Positions 38,448 to 48,471 of a stretch of 64,000 bases of DNA are shown here, piece after piece. The notes under the pieces were generated by a model that saw only the letters and a program-made list of their open reading frames with translations, was not told where the DNA came from and searched no databases. Position 1 is the stretch's first letter. Every line of letters starts with the position of its first letter. Source of the DNA: Chloroflexota bacterium (lineage in GTDB: Bacteria > Chloroflexota > Dehalococcoidia > Lucifugimonadales > UBA3495); assembly GCA_027623675.1 (NCBI GenBank), contig JAQBVF010000013.1:1-64000 (forward strand). Direction: 5' to 3'. The position numbers and the translations under genes are program-made.

Positions 38448-40925
38448 ATGACCAGCAGCTTCCGGCAGGTCGAAGACGGGTTCGACCACGCTGCGATAGA
38501 CCGCAAATGGCAGGCTCGTTGGGAACAGGACGGCCTGCATAAGGTTTCCGACGACGACCCCCGCCCCAAATGGTACGAGATGACCATGTATCCGTACCCC
38601 TCGGGCGACCTCCACATCGGCCACTGGTACGCCATGGCCCCGGCCGACGCCCACGCACGCTTCAGGCGGATGCAGGGCTACAACGTGCTGCATCCCATCG
38701 GTTTCGACGCCTTTGGCCTGCCTGCCGAGAACGCCGCCATCAGCCGCGGGATCCACCCCTACGAGTGGACCATCAGCAACATCGAAAACATGCGCCGCCA
38801 GCTGCGCTCCATTGGCGCGATCTACGACTGGGACCGGGAAGTGATCTGCTGCGAACCCGAGTATTACCGCTGGAACCAGTGGTTCTTCCTGAAGTTCTTC
38901 GAGAAGGGTCTAGCCTACCGCGCCAATGCACCGGTTGTCTGGTGCCCCTCTTGCCTCACCGTGCTGGCCAACGAGCAAGTGCTGAACGGCGCCTGCGAAC
39001 GTTGCGGCACCGAGATCACCCGCCGCGACCTGGAGCAATGGTTCTTCAAGATTACCCAATACGCTGACCGGCTTCTGGATTTCAGCGGACTGGAAGAATG
39101 GCCGGATAAGATTCTGACCATGCAGGCCAATTGGATCGGCCGCAGCGAGGGCGTTCAGATCGCCTTCGATATCTCCGGGTACGGTCTGAAAGAGAAAGAG
39201 ATCAGAACATTCACGACCCGCATCGACACCGTCTTCGGCGTGACCTTCATCGTGCTGGCCCCCGAACATTCGCTGGTCCCCCGGTTGACATTGCCGGAGA
39301 ACCGGGAGGCGGTGGACGAGTACATCAGCAAGGCCCGCCAAACATCCGAGATCGACCGGCTGTCCAGCGACAAGGACAAGACCGGCGTGTTCACCGGCAG
39401 TTACGCGGTTAACCACCTGAATGGCGAACGGGTGCCCATCTATATCGGCGATTACGTGCTAACGACCTACGGCACCGGCGCGGTTATGGGGGTGCCGGCC
39501 CACGACGCCCGGGACTTCGTCTTCGCTCAGAAGTATAAGTTGCCCATTCGGACCGTGGTCGCTCCCATCGAGTGGGACGGGAAAGACCTGACCAGCGCCT
39601 ATCTGGGCGAAGGTTTCATGACCAACTCGGGCGCCTACGACGGCATGACCAACAACGAGGGCAAGTCGGCCATCGCCGACGACCTGGAGAAGAAGGGTTG
39701 GGGCAACCGGACGGTCTCCTACCGGGTACGCGACTGGCTGATCTCCCGGCAGCGCTACTGGGGCACGCCCATCCCCATGGTCTACTGCGACACCTGCGGC
39801 GTGGTGCCGGTCCCGGAGTCAGACCTGCCGGTGCTGCTGCCGCAAGACGCCGAATTCAAGCCCACCGGCGAGTCGCCGCTGGCGTCGAACCATGACTTCG
39901 TCCATACCAAGTGCCCCAGGTGCGGCGCGGACGCCCGCCGGGAGACCGACACCATGGACACCTTCATGGACTCGTCTTGGTACATGATGCGTTACCTGGA
40001 CCCCCACAACGCCGCTTGCCCGGCGGAACCAAGCCTACTGAAGAAATGGATGCCCGTGGACCAGTACACCGGTGGGGCCGAGCACGCCGTCATGCACCTG
40101 CTTTACTCCCGCTTCTTCGCCAAGGGCCTCCACGACATGGGCCTGGTGGAATATGACGAACCCTTCTCCAGGTTGTTCAACCAGGGCGTTATCCTGGGCG
40201 AAGACCACGAGAAGATGAGCAAGAGCCGGGGGAATGTGGTCAACCCCGACGTGGTGGTCGGACGCCTGGGCGCCGACGCGGTGCGCTGCTTTCTGATGTT
40301 CATCGGCCCCTGGGACCAGGGCGGTCCCTGGAGCGACGTGGGCATCAACGGCACGGCCCGCTGGCTGAACCGCGTTTGGGACATAGCCGGACGCGACGCC
40401 AAGCCGCTGGATGACGGCCCGGTGGATGACCATGTGATCCGCGATACCAACCGGCTGCTGCACCAGACCATCCGCAAGTGTCATAACGACCTGGACCGCT
40501 TCAAGTTCAACACGGCCATCGCGGCGTTGATGGAATTGACCAACCACCTGAACCGGGTCTGGGCCGACGGCAGCGTCGACGCCGCCACCTGGCGAGAATG
40601 CACCAAGAGTCTGCTGCTCATGCTGGCCCCCATGGCCCCGCACATGACCGAGGAGATGTGGGAGGCCAACGGCCACGGCTACAGCATCCACCAACAGCCC
40701 TTCCCTTCCTGGGACGACGGCCTGGCGGCCGAAGACGTAATCACCCTGGTGCTGCAGGTGAACGGCAAGGTGCGGGACAAGCTGGAGGTCCCGGCGGGTA
40801 TCGCCGAGGCCGAAGCGCAGGAGATGGCCCTGGCCAGCCCCCGGCTCCAGGCCCATTTGGAAGGTAAGTCGGTGGTGAAAACCATCTACGTGCCCGGCCG
40901 CCTGGTCAACGTGGTGGTCAAGTAG
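38448..40925 (+). CDS. leuS: leucyl-tRNA synthetase
   Basis: PYPSGDLHIGH, GFDAFGLPAENAA, SRQRYWG, KMSKS, QVNGKVR. Confidence 0.98.
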   Translation: MTSSFRQVEDGFDHAAIDRKWQARWEQDGLHKVSDDDPRPKWYEMTMYPYPSGDLHIGHWYAMAPADAHARFRRMQGYNVLHPIGFDAFGLPAENAAISRGIHPYEWTISNIENMRRQLRSIGAIYDWDREVICCEPEYYRWNQWFFLKFFEKGLAYRANAPVVWCPSCLTVLANEQVLNGACERCGTEITRRDLEQWFFKITQYADRLLDFSGLEEWPDKILTMQANWIGRSEGVQIAFDISGYGLKEKEIRTFTTRIDTVFGVTFIVLAPEHSLVPRLTLPENREAVDEYISKARQTSEIDRLSSDKDKTGVFTGSYAVNHLNGERVPIYIGDYVLTTYGTGAVMGVPAHDARDFVFAQKYKLPIRTVVAPIEWDGKDLTSAYLGEGFMTNSGAYDGMTNNEGKSAIADDLEKKGWGNRTVSYRVRDWLISRQRYWGTPIPMVYCDTCGVVPVPESDLPVLLPQDAEFKPTGESPLASNHDFVHTKCPRCGADARRETDTMDTFMDSSWYMMRYLDPHNAACPAEPSLLKKWMPVDQYTGGAEHAVMHLLYSRFFAKGLHDMGLVEYDEPFSRLFNQGVILGEDHEKMSKSRGNVVNPDVVVGRLGADAVRCFLMFIGPWDQGGPWSDVGINGTARWLNRVWDIAGRDAKPLDDGPVDDHVIRDTNRLLHQTIRKCHNDLDRFKFNTAIAALMELTNHLNRVWADGSVDAATWRECTKSLLLMLAPMAPHMTEEMWEANGHGYSIHQQPFPSWDDGLAAEDVITLVLQVNGKVRDKLEVPAGIAEAEAQEMALASPRLQAHLEGKSVVKTIYVPGRLVNVVVK

Positions 40926-41003
40926 CCTTCGGTGTCCCGCCAGCCTTTTCTGGTCCAAGATGGCCGGGGTTGAAACCCAGGCCGAGTCCCACCGGGTGTT
41001 GAT

Positions 41004-42494
41004 ATGCCTGCGTTAAACCCAAATCTTGACCTAAACGACATCTACCGCCGGTTCACCGACGGCGACCGGAGCGGCGCCGTCCGCGCCGGCTGGGTCGAAC
41101 GCTACCTGGATTCGCCGGTCTCCTTCTGGTGCAGTCTCCACGCGCCGTCCGCCGCCAGAGACCCGATGAACGACCAACAGCAGCACATCTTCGACATCGG
41201 CAATACCCACCAGGACCGGGTCAACGCGCTGCTCTACCCCGGGGGAATTCAAGAAGTGTTCACCAGCGAGGAGGACGGCTTTCGCCGCTCGTTGGAGGTG
41301 ATGGCCGAGGGCGGCGTCTATATCAAGGACATGCCCCTGGTCTGCTGGCCCAACGGACTCACGGGACGCCCGGACGTTTTGGAACGGGTGGACGGCGTGC
41401 CATCGGTCTTCGGAGATTATAGCTACCGTGTTGTTGAGATTAAATCGGCCCGCCGCCTGCGGGAGTCCCAGATATTGCAAGGCGCGCTCTACAACCGGGT
41501 GCTTGGCCTGGTCCAGGGCTACGAACCCCCGATCTTCCAGATGGTCAACGGCGACTCCGGTATCGTCCCCGTGGACATGGCTGATGTTGACCACCGGCTG
41601 GACGAAGTGCTGGCTGAGGTCAGGGAGATCATGGGCGGCAAGCCTGTCGATTTCTGTTACGGAGCCGCGCGGTGGCCCTGGATGTCATATGTGGACAGTC
41701 AGGCTGTCGCCGCCAATGACGTGTCCCTGATCGTGGGCGTGGGCGCAACGGTCCGCTCCAACCTGGTGGCAGCCGGGTATGCCACTTTGCAGAGCATTGC
41801 CGAGGCTAATGAGACTGAATTGGTCACCGTTAGGCGGGTGGGCGCCGCAACGGCAAAAAAGATGGTTATCTCCGCCCGGGCGATCCAGGGGAATCAACCG
41901 CTCCCCCGCGGCGAGTTGGCCGTGTTGCGGCGGGGCAGGACCGAGGTTTTCTTCGACTTTGAGGGCGCCCAGGAACAGGAACAGGACGGCGGCTTGGAGT
42001 TGGTCAACTATCTGATCGGGGCCATCCACCGGACTCCCGGCGGAGAGGCCCGATACAAGCCGTTCTTCGCCGAGACCTTTGACGACGAGGACGCCAACCT
42101 GACGGCGTTCCTGCAATGGGCTGGTTCGTTGGATGATCCGGTCTTCTACCACTGGCATAGCTACGAACGCACCCATCTCGAGAAGATGGTGGACCGTTAC
42201 GGCGTGGACCCGGTGTTGGCGGCGGGTGTATTGGACCGGCTGGAAGACCTCTCCCCCTGGGCCACCAAAGGATTCGCCTTTCCAGCCTATGGCGAGTCGT
42301 TGAAGGACATCGCCAAATGCCTGGGCTTCAAGTGGCGTCAGGACGACGTAACCGGGGTCGGGACCATGTCGCTCTACATGAGGTACGTGGATTCAGGGAG
42401 CGCCGACCAGACAGCCAAAGGCAAGATAATCATCTACAATGAGGACGATTGTTTGGCTACGATGTATATCTACGACTGGGTAATGGCCCAATAA
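41004..42494 (+). CDS. TM0106-family RecB-like putative nuclease (PD-(D/E)XK, HhH and RNase H-like domains)
   Basis: GRPDVLER..YRVVEIKS..Q..LY, HhH repeats, FFDFEG, YHW.SYE, SLK.IA..LGF.W, YNEDDC.AT. Confidence 0.85.
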   Translation: MPALNPNLDLNDIYRRFTDGDRSGAVRAGWVERYLDSPVSFWCSLHAPSAARDPMNDQQQHIFDIGNTHQDRVNALLYPGGIQEVFTSEEDGFRRSLEVMAEGGVYIKDMPLVCWPNGLTGRPDVLERVDGVPSVFGDYSYRVVEIKSARRLRESQILQGALYNRVLGLVQGYEPPIFQMVNGDSGIVPVDMADVDHRLDEVLAEVREIMGGKPVDFCYGAARWPWMSYVDSQAVAANDVSLIVGVGATVRSNLVAAGYATLQSIAEANETELVTVRRVGAATAKKMVISARAIQGNQPLPRGELAVLRRGRTEVFFDFEGAQEQEQDGGLELVNYLIGAIHRTPGGEARYKPFFAETFDDEDANLTAFLQWAGSLDDPVFYHWHSYERTHLEKMVDRYGVDPVLAAGVLDRLEDLSPWATKGFAFPAYGESLKDIAKCLGFKWRQDDVTGVGTMSLYMRYVDSGSADQTAKGKIIIYNEDDCLATMYIYDWVMAQ

Positions 42495-42568
42495 CGGGGA
42501 TACACGCCGCCGAATCTCAATACGGATAGTCACTGCGGGAAACGCAGGGGCAGTTTAGGTTTTATTGC

Positions 42569-43297
42569 ATGACAACTAGCGGTTCAAATAACGGTCTGGG
42601 CAGGCTCTACGGCATCGGAGTGGGGCCGGGTGACCCCGAGCTTCTGACCATCAAGGCCCAGAAGACCCTCCAACGAGTGGAGGTTATCTGCTTCACCCAG
42701 CTGGACGATGGACAAGAGAGCTACGCGCTCGGCGTGGTGCGGGGATTATTGGAAGCGGTCAATCCCCAGTTTCTGGCCATCACCATCCCGTCCGACGATG
42801 ACACGCCGGTCGACCCGGAAACCTGGAGCCAAGCGGCCAAAGAAATATCGGGTCACCTTAAAGCGGGCCGTGACGTTGCTTTCATCACCGAGGGAGACCC
42901 CATGCTCTACAGTGAGTTCTTCCACGTGTTGGAGAGCGTGAAAGAGGCGGCCTCCGGCTTTGAAGTTGAGGTCGTGCCTGGCGTTTCATCGGTGATGGCG
43001 GCCGCGGCCAGTTCGGGCATGCCACTGGTTACCCACGGCCAGCGACTGACCATCCTACCCAAGGTATTCGGCATTGACGACCTGCGGGAGGCCATCACCA
43101 ACTCCGATACCACCGTGCTGATGGAGGTGGACCGGGACCTGCTGCAGGCCCTGGCCAACCTGGAGAAGCTGGGCCTCACCGGCAAGGCCACCTACGTGCG
43201 CCAGGCTAGCACCGCCAGGGAGAACGTGGTGGACGACATCTCCAAGCTGTCGGCCGAAGACCTGGACTACTTCTCGCTGCTGATCATCCGGCGGTAG
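42569..43297 (+). CDS. cobI: precorrin-2 C20-methyltransferase (CobI/CbiL-like)
   Basis: LYGIGVGPGDPELLTIKA, FITEGDPMLYS, VPGVSS, YFSLLII. Confidence 0.85.
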   Translation: MTTSGSNNGLGRLYGIGVGPGDPELLTIKAQKTLQRVEVICFTQLDDGQESYALGVVRGLLEAVNPQFLAITIPSDDDTPVDPETWSQAAKEISGHLKAGRDVAFITEGDPMLYSEFFHVLESVKEAASGFEVEVVPGVSSVMAAAASSGMPLVTHGQRLTILPKVFGIDDLREAITNSDTTVLMEVDRDLLQALANLEKLGLTGKATYVRQASTARENVVDDISKLSAEDLDYFSLLIIRR

Positions 43298-43315
43298 GGC
43301 CCGCCAGACTTGCAG

Positions 43316-44278
43316 CTAAACTTCCAATACCAGCTTGATCAGGCCGTCGGCGCGGTCGGCGTAGAGGTCGTAGCCCTTGGGCGCTTCCCCGAAGCCAATG
43401 CGGTGGGTGACCAGCCAAGAAAGATCGGCCTTTCCCTTGCCCCGCCGGTCCACTGCCTGCTGAATCGGCCTGGCGGGCGCTTCGCAGGTGGCGCTGACCG
43501 TTCCGACCATGGTCAGTTGCTTGGCGATAGCGGCGAGGTAGTTGAAGGTGATCCGCGCTTCCTCGGGGATTCCGAACAGGGCCAAAGTGCCATACATGCG
43601 GGCCATTTCCACGCATTGGTCCAGAGCGCCTGCATCTCCGCTGGCTTCCACCACCAGGTCGGCCCCTACGTTGCCAAACACCTCCCGCACCACCTTCTCA
43701 GGAGCGACGCGGCTGCAATTCACGGCTAGATTCGCGCCCAGCTTGCGGGACATCCGCAGCCGGTGTTCGTTGGGGTCGATGGCGATGATCTTGCGGGCGC
43801 CCATCTGCCTGAGAGTCATGGTGAACAGCAGCCCGATGCACCCCTGTCCCAGGACCGCCACGTTCTTCCCGGCCACCGGACCGACGCGGTCCAGAGCGTA
43901 CAGCACCGTGCCCCAGGGCTGGCACATGAGCCAATCCCCCAGGTCGCCGTCGTCCGGCAGCGAAACCAGAGTCTCAGGTTGCGCCACCACGTATTCCGCG
44001 CCGCCGTTCAGGTTCAGCGCCGGCAGATAGATCACCCGCCGGCCCTGGGGCCATTCGGCCAGCTCGCTTTGCACGATGGTCCCAGCGCACTCGTGGCAGG
44101 GAGTGCCCACGCCCAGGGGATACGACACCTCCGGCTGTGGGTGGCGGTAGGCCATCATGTCGGTGCCGCAGACCGACAGCGCTTCCAGCTTGACCAGCAC
44201 TTCTCCGTCGCCCGGTTCTGGAACCGGCGCATCGATCAATTTAAGCTGCCGGGGGCCGGTTACTTGGATCGCTTTCAT
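43316..44278 (-). CDS. zinc-dependent medium-chain dehydrogenase
   Basis: VCGTD, CHECAG, VLGQGCIG, VEASG. Confidence 0.88.
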   Translation of the reverse strand: MKAIQVTGPRQLKLIDAPVPEPGDGEVLVKLEALSVCGTDMMAYRHPQPEVSYPLGVGTPCHECAGTIVQSELAEWPQGRRVIYLPALNLNGGAEYVVAQPETLVSLPDDGDLGDWLMCQPWGTVLYALDRVGPVAGKNVAVLGQGCIGLLFTMTLRQMGARKIIAIDPNEHRLRMSRKLGANLAVNCSRVAPEKVVREVFGNVGADLVVEASGDAGALDQCVEMARMYGTLALFGIPEEARITFNYLAAIAKQLTMVGTVSATCEAPARPIQQAVDRRGKGKADLSWLVTHRIGFGEAPKGYDLYADRADGLIKLVLEV

Positions 44279-44404
44279 GGGATCTCTCGCGGGGGCGTCA
44301 AGGTTGTATTTCGGCCAGCTTAGCACACCAGGCAGCTAGATGCGGAACTCCTTCCGTATGCTAAACTACGGCGCAATTCGGCACGCCCAATAGGAGACGA
44401 CGAG

Positions 44405-45241
44405 ATGGCTACTTCGGTGCAACCCAAGGATAAGACGGTAAACGTCAACGGCATCAACCTGCATTACCTGGACTGGGGGGCCGAGGGCAAGCCCAAGGTG
44501 TTGCTGCTCCACGGATTGCGGGGACACTGCCACTCGTGGGACGACGTCTCCGCCGAGTTCTGCCAGGACTACCACATCTTGGCCCTTGACCAGCGGGGCC
44601 GGGGCGAAAGCGACTGGGCGCCGGGCGGCGATTACTCCAGCCAGTCGTTCGTGGCCGACCTGGAAGGATTCTGCCAGGCCGTCGGGCTGGACTCGTTCAT
44701 CCTGGTGGGACATTCAATGGGCGGCCGCAACAGCATGGCCTTCGCCGGCCGCAACGCCGGGAAGATTCAGAAGATGGTCATCATCGACATCGGCCCTGAC
44801 CTGAATCCCGTCGGCTCCGGCCGGATCACCCAGGAGTTAAAGGACGTGCCCGAGGAGTTCGACACATTTGAGGATGTGGTGGCCTACCAGAGCAAACAGA
44901 ACCGCTTCTGTTCCGAGCCGGTCCTCCGTCGCCGCCTGACCTACGCCACCCGGCAACTGCCCAACGGCAAGTTCGGCTGGCGCTATGACCTGGAGGTGAG
45001 GGAACAACGCCGCAACGGCACCGGCGCTCCCCAGCCCGACCTGTGGCTGGAGCTACCCAAACTCGATTTCCCAGTCTTGATCGTCCGGGGCTCCGAGACC
45101 GACACCCTAGGCTTGGACACGGCAGAGAAGATGGTCGAGGTCCTGCCCAAGGGCAAACTGGTCCATGTTGACCGGGCCGCCCACATGGTCTTCGAAGACA
45201 ACCCCGAGGGCTTCATCGAGGAACTGCGCAAGTTCATCTGA
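44405..45241 (+). CDS. alpha/beta hydrolase
   Basis: LLHG, DQRGRGES, GHSMGG, AAH. Confidence 0.92.
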   Translation: MATSVQPKDKTVNVNGINLHYLDWGAEGKPKVLLLHGLRGHCHSWDDVSAEFCQDYHILALDQRGRGESDWAPGGDYSSQSFVADLEGFCQAVGLDSFILVGHSMGGRNSMAFAGRNAGKIQKMVIIDIGPDLNPVGSGRITQELKDVPEEFDTFEDVVAYQSKQNRFCSEPVLRRRLTYATRQLPNGKFGWRYDLEVREQRRNGTGAPQPDLWLELPKLDFPVLIVRGSETDTLGLDTAEKMVEVLPKGKLVHVDRAAHMVFEDNPEGFIEELRKFI

Positions 45242-45283
45242 GCCAACCGGCTGATTCAAACTAGGATTTTCGCGGATTTAGAT

Positions 45284-45979
45284 ATGGCAGAACAGCAACC
45301 CCAGTCCCGGGAAGAGATCATGACCATCCAGGATGTCGTGCCCATCGACGTCCCGGACGGCGACGCGGGAGAAGGGCTTAATTTCCGGACCAGCCGGGGG
45401 AACTTCAACGGAATCCTGCACCGCGCCCCGGACGCCGATCAAGCGGTGATCTGGGTTTGCGGAGCCAGGGGCGGTTTCGGCGGTCCCGGCCCTGGCTCCT
45501 ACGCCCGCCTGTCAGAGCGATTCGTTGGCGATGGGATCACTTCTCTACGTTTGGACTACCGCTTCGCCAACGATGTCTTTGAGTGCGCCCTGGACCTGCT
45601 CGCCGGAGTGGAGTACCTGAAAAGCGCCGGGCATAAGCCGGTGGTGGTCGTGGGCCACTCCTTCGGCGGCGCAGTGGTAATCGCGGCCGGCGCCAACAGT
45701 AATCACATCAAGGGCGTGGTTGCCCTGTCGCCTCAGACCTTCGGCGCCAACATGGCGGGGCAGGTGACGCCCCGCAAGCTACTGGTGGTGCACGGCAGGG
45801 CCGACACCCGCCTACCGTTCAGTTGCGGCCAGCAGATCTACGACTGGGCGCAAGAGCCCAAAGAGTTGGTGCTGTACGAAGGCGCGGAACACCGCCTGGA
45901 AGAATGCCGGGACGACCTGGAGGTCCTGCTTGGAACGTGGATACCCGAGACCCTGGCCACCGACATCGAACTAGGTTAG
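45284..45979 (+). CDS. alpha/beta hydrolase
   Basis: GHSFGG, VHGRAD, GAEH. Confidence 0.88.
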   Translation: MAEQQPQSREEIMTIQDVVPIDVPDGDAGEGLNFRTSRGNFNGILHRAPDADQAVIWVCGARGGFGGPGPGSYARLSERFVGDGITSLRLDYRFANDVFECALDLLAGVEYLKSAGHKPVVVVGHSFGGAVVIAAGANSNHIKGVVALSPQTFGANMAGQVTPRKLLVVHGRADTRLPFSCGQQIYDWAQEPKELVLYEGAEHRLEECRDDLEVLLGTWIPETLATDIELG

Positions 45980-46145
45980 GCGTCCAACGATAAGAACCCC
46001 CGGCGCGGCGCCAACCTGGAACCCGAGTGGCGTTTCCAAAGGCCCGTCGCCGTCTCTAGACCGGGCGTCATTGTTTACCGGTTAACGACAAATCTACGGA
46101 CGACGAAGAGCGCTCTCGAAACTTGTCGCGAGCGTACGATTCGGG

Positions 46146-46195
46146 AAAAAAGGAAAGTCCCGCCGGAACGACTCGGCGGGACTTTCCCTTTTTTT
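46146..46195. terminator. bidirectional intrinsic terminator
   Basis: A6, 14-bp stem GGAAAGTCCCGCCG 46152-46165 / CGGCGGGACTTTCC 46174-46187, then T7. Confidence 0.85.
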
Positions 46196-46287
46196 GAGAG
46201 CTTGACCGTACCCGGTTTCTGGTCGCGGTTCCGGCCAAAGCGTGGTAGTCTCGGACTGCTATTACCGATACATACATCTGGAAAACA

Positions 46288-48429
46288 TTGGAGCCGCACG
46301 TGACTACTTGGACCGACGACCAATTGGCCTCCATCCACAAGATGCTCAACCCGCGTTCCATCGCGGTGGTTGGGGCCACACCCAGGATGCAATACGGCGG
46401 GCGGATGCTGGCTGCCGCGCTGAAAGCCGGAGACCGAATCAACGTCTATCCGGTTAACCCCCGCTATGACGAGATTCAGGGCATAAAGTCCTACCCCAGC
46501 GTGAGCGCCCTGCCGGAGACGCCGGACGTTGTCGGCGTGGTGGTTAATTCCAAGCAGGTGATGGACGTTCTGAAAGAGAGCCACGAAAAAGGGGTCCGGG
46601 CGGCGATCGTAATCTCCGCCGGGTTCTCCGAACGGGGCACGGAAGAGGGCCGCGACCTCCAAAAAGTGGTCGGTGATTTCGCCAAGGAATCGGGACTTCG
46701 CATCAGCGGTCCCAACTGCCTGGGCTTGGCCAACGTCAAAGACGACATCTGGGCCAGTTCCTCGTCCCGGGGCGCCGATGGGCTGAGTGGGCCGGTTGGC
46801 CTGGTCTGCCAGAGCGGGGCGTCGGCGTTCGGGCCATTCTTGAACCGGGCGGTGGACAGCGGCATCGGCCTCAGCTACATCATATCCACCGGCAACGAGG
46901 CCGACCTTGATTTTTCAGACTTCGTTCGTTACCTGCTGGACGACGATGACACCAAGGTGATCGCCGGGTTCGTTGAGGGTTTCAAGGACGCCGGCAAGTT
47001 CATCGAGGTGGCCAAACTGGCGGCCCAAAGGGGCAAGCCCATCATCCTGATAAAGATTGGCCGGTCGGAATTGGGGGCCAAGGCGGCCCAGTCCCACACG
47101 GCCGCGCTCACCGGCATGGACGCTCTCTACGACTCCGCCCTGGCTCAGTACGGGGTTATCCGTGTTGCCGATTACGATGAACTACTTGAAGTCGCCAACC
47201 TCCTGGCCAACTCGCCTGCCCCGGCGGCGAAGGGCCTGGCGGTGGTCTCGCACTCGGGCGGCATCAGCTCGCTCACGGCCGACATGTGCGGCCAGGCGGG
47301 TTTGGACCTGCCAGTGCTCAGCGACACCGCCCGCGACGGCATCAACAACGTGCTGAAGGGGTTCGGGTGGGCCGCCAATCCATCCGACGTGACCGGCTTC
47401 GCCAACAGCGACTCCTTCCCGGAGATCATGCAGTTCATGGCCAACGACCCGGCGATGGGGATCCTGGTGGTGGCCAGTTCCGGTGGTGACGCCCAAGCCA
47501 AACAGGTTATCGCCCAACGAGATCTGGCCAAAGACATGCCGCTGGCGTTCCTTTGGACGGGCAGCCGGAGGGAGTCGGCGGGCTTGGATATGCTGAAAAA
47601 GGCCCGGATCCCCGTATTCTATACGCCCAACCGGCTGGCTACCGGCCTCCGCAGTCTGCTGGACTACCACGAATGGCAGGGGCGCCGGGGCAAAACAGGT
47701 TTCCCAGAGGTTCCGGCCATCAGCCTGGAACAGCAAGCTGCCGCCACCAGGCTGTCTGCCGCCGGCGGCGTGGCGCTCTCTGAAAATCAGAGCAAGGGCT
47801 TGCTGGCCGAGTGGGGAGTTCCCACCACCCGCGAAACTCTGGTATCGAGCGCCGATGACGCGGCCCAGGCGGCGGGTGAGATCGGCTACCCGGTGGTGCT
47901 GAAAGCGGACGTGACCGGCATGCCGCATAAGACCGAGTCCGGATTGGTCATATTGGGACTTCGAGACGAAAGCGCGGTGCGGACGGCTTACGAACAGCTC
48001 ATGTCGAATGTGGCAGCCGCCAAGATCGGGGCAGGCATGAATGGCGTGCTGGTCCAAGAGATGGTCTCGGATGCCACCGAGGTGATCGTTGGTTTGAGCT
48101 ACGACTCCCAGCTAGGCCCGGCGATTCTATTCGGGACCGGCGGCGTGATGGTCGAGGTCTACAACGACGTTGCCCTGCGTCTCTGTCCCATCGACGCGAG
48201 CGACGCACGGGAGATGATCGAGGAAGTCAAAGGAGCCCGCCTGTTGCAGGGATTCCGGGGCCGCCCACCCGCGGACATCGACGCTTTGGTCGATGCTCTG
48301 GTGCGCGTGTCCCAACTGGGGGCCCAACTGGAGGGCAGCCTGGCCGAGCTGGACATCAATCCCCTGATGGTCCTGCCGGCCGGTCAAGGCGTAAAGGCTG
48401 CCGACGCCGTGGCCATTTTCAAGGCATAG
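46288..48429 (+). CDS. ADP-forming acyl-CoA synthetase (acetate-CoA ligase family, fused alpha/beta)
   Basis: PRSIAVVGA, GPNCLG, QSG, SHTAAL (phospho-His), GYPVVLK..HKTE, ELDINP. Confidence 0.92.
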   Translation: MEPHVTTWTDDQLASIHKMLNPRSIAVVGATPRMQYGGRMLAAALKAGDRINVYPVNPRYDEIQGIKSYPSVSALPETPDVVGVVVNSKQVMDVLKESHEKGVRAAIVISAGFSERGTEEGRDLQKVVGDFAKESGLRISGPNCLGLANVKDDIWASSSSRGADGLSGPVGLVCQSGASAFGPFLNRAVDSGIGLSYIISTGNEADLDFSDFVRYLLDDDDTKVIAGFVEGFKDAGKFIEVAKLAAQRGKPIILIKIGRSELGAKAAQSHTAALTGMDALYDSALAQYGVIRVADYDELLEVANLLANSPAPAAKGLAVVSHSGGISSLTADMCGQAGLDLPVLSDTARDGINNVLKGFGWAANPSDVTGFANSDSFPEIMQFMANDPAMGILVVASSGGDAQAKQVIAQRDLAKDMPLAFLWTGSRRESAGLDMLKKARIPVFYTPNRLATGLRSLLDYHEWQGRRGKTGFPEVPAISLEQQAAATRLSAAGGVALSENQSKGLLAEWGVPTTRETLVSSADDAAQAAGEIGYPVVLKADVTGMPHKTESGLVILGLRDESAVRTAYEQLMSNVAAAKIGAGMNGVLVQEMVSDATEVIVGLSYDSQLGPAILFGTGGVMVEVYNDVALRLCPIDASDAREMIEEVKGARLLQGFRGRPPADIDALVDALVRVSQLGAQLEGSLAELDINPLMVLPAGQGVKAADAVAIFKA

Positions 48430-48471
48430 ACCGGCGCGGGCAAGTCGAACGGCACGCCCTGGGGGATGGCG

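Noticed and set aside
41004..42494. Cas4 or a defence system
   Set aside because: No Fe-S cysteine set, no cas or helicase neighbours; it matches the stand-alone TM0106 architecture.
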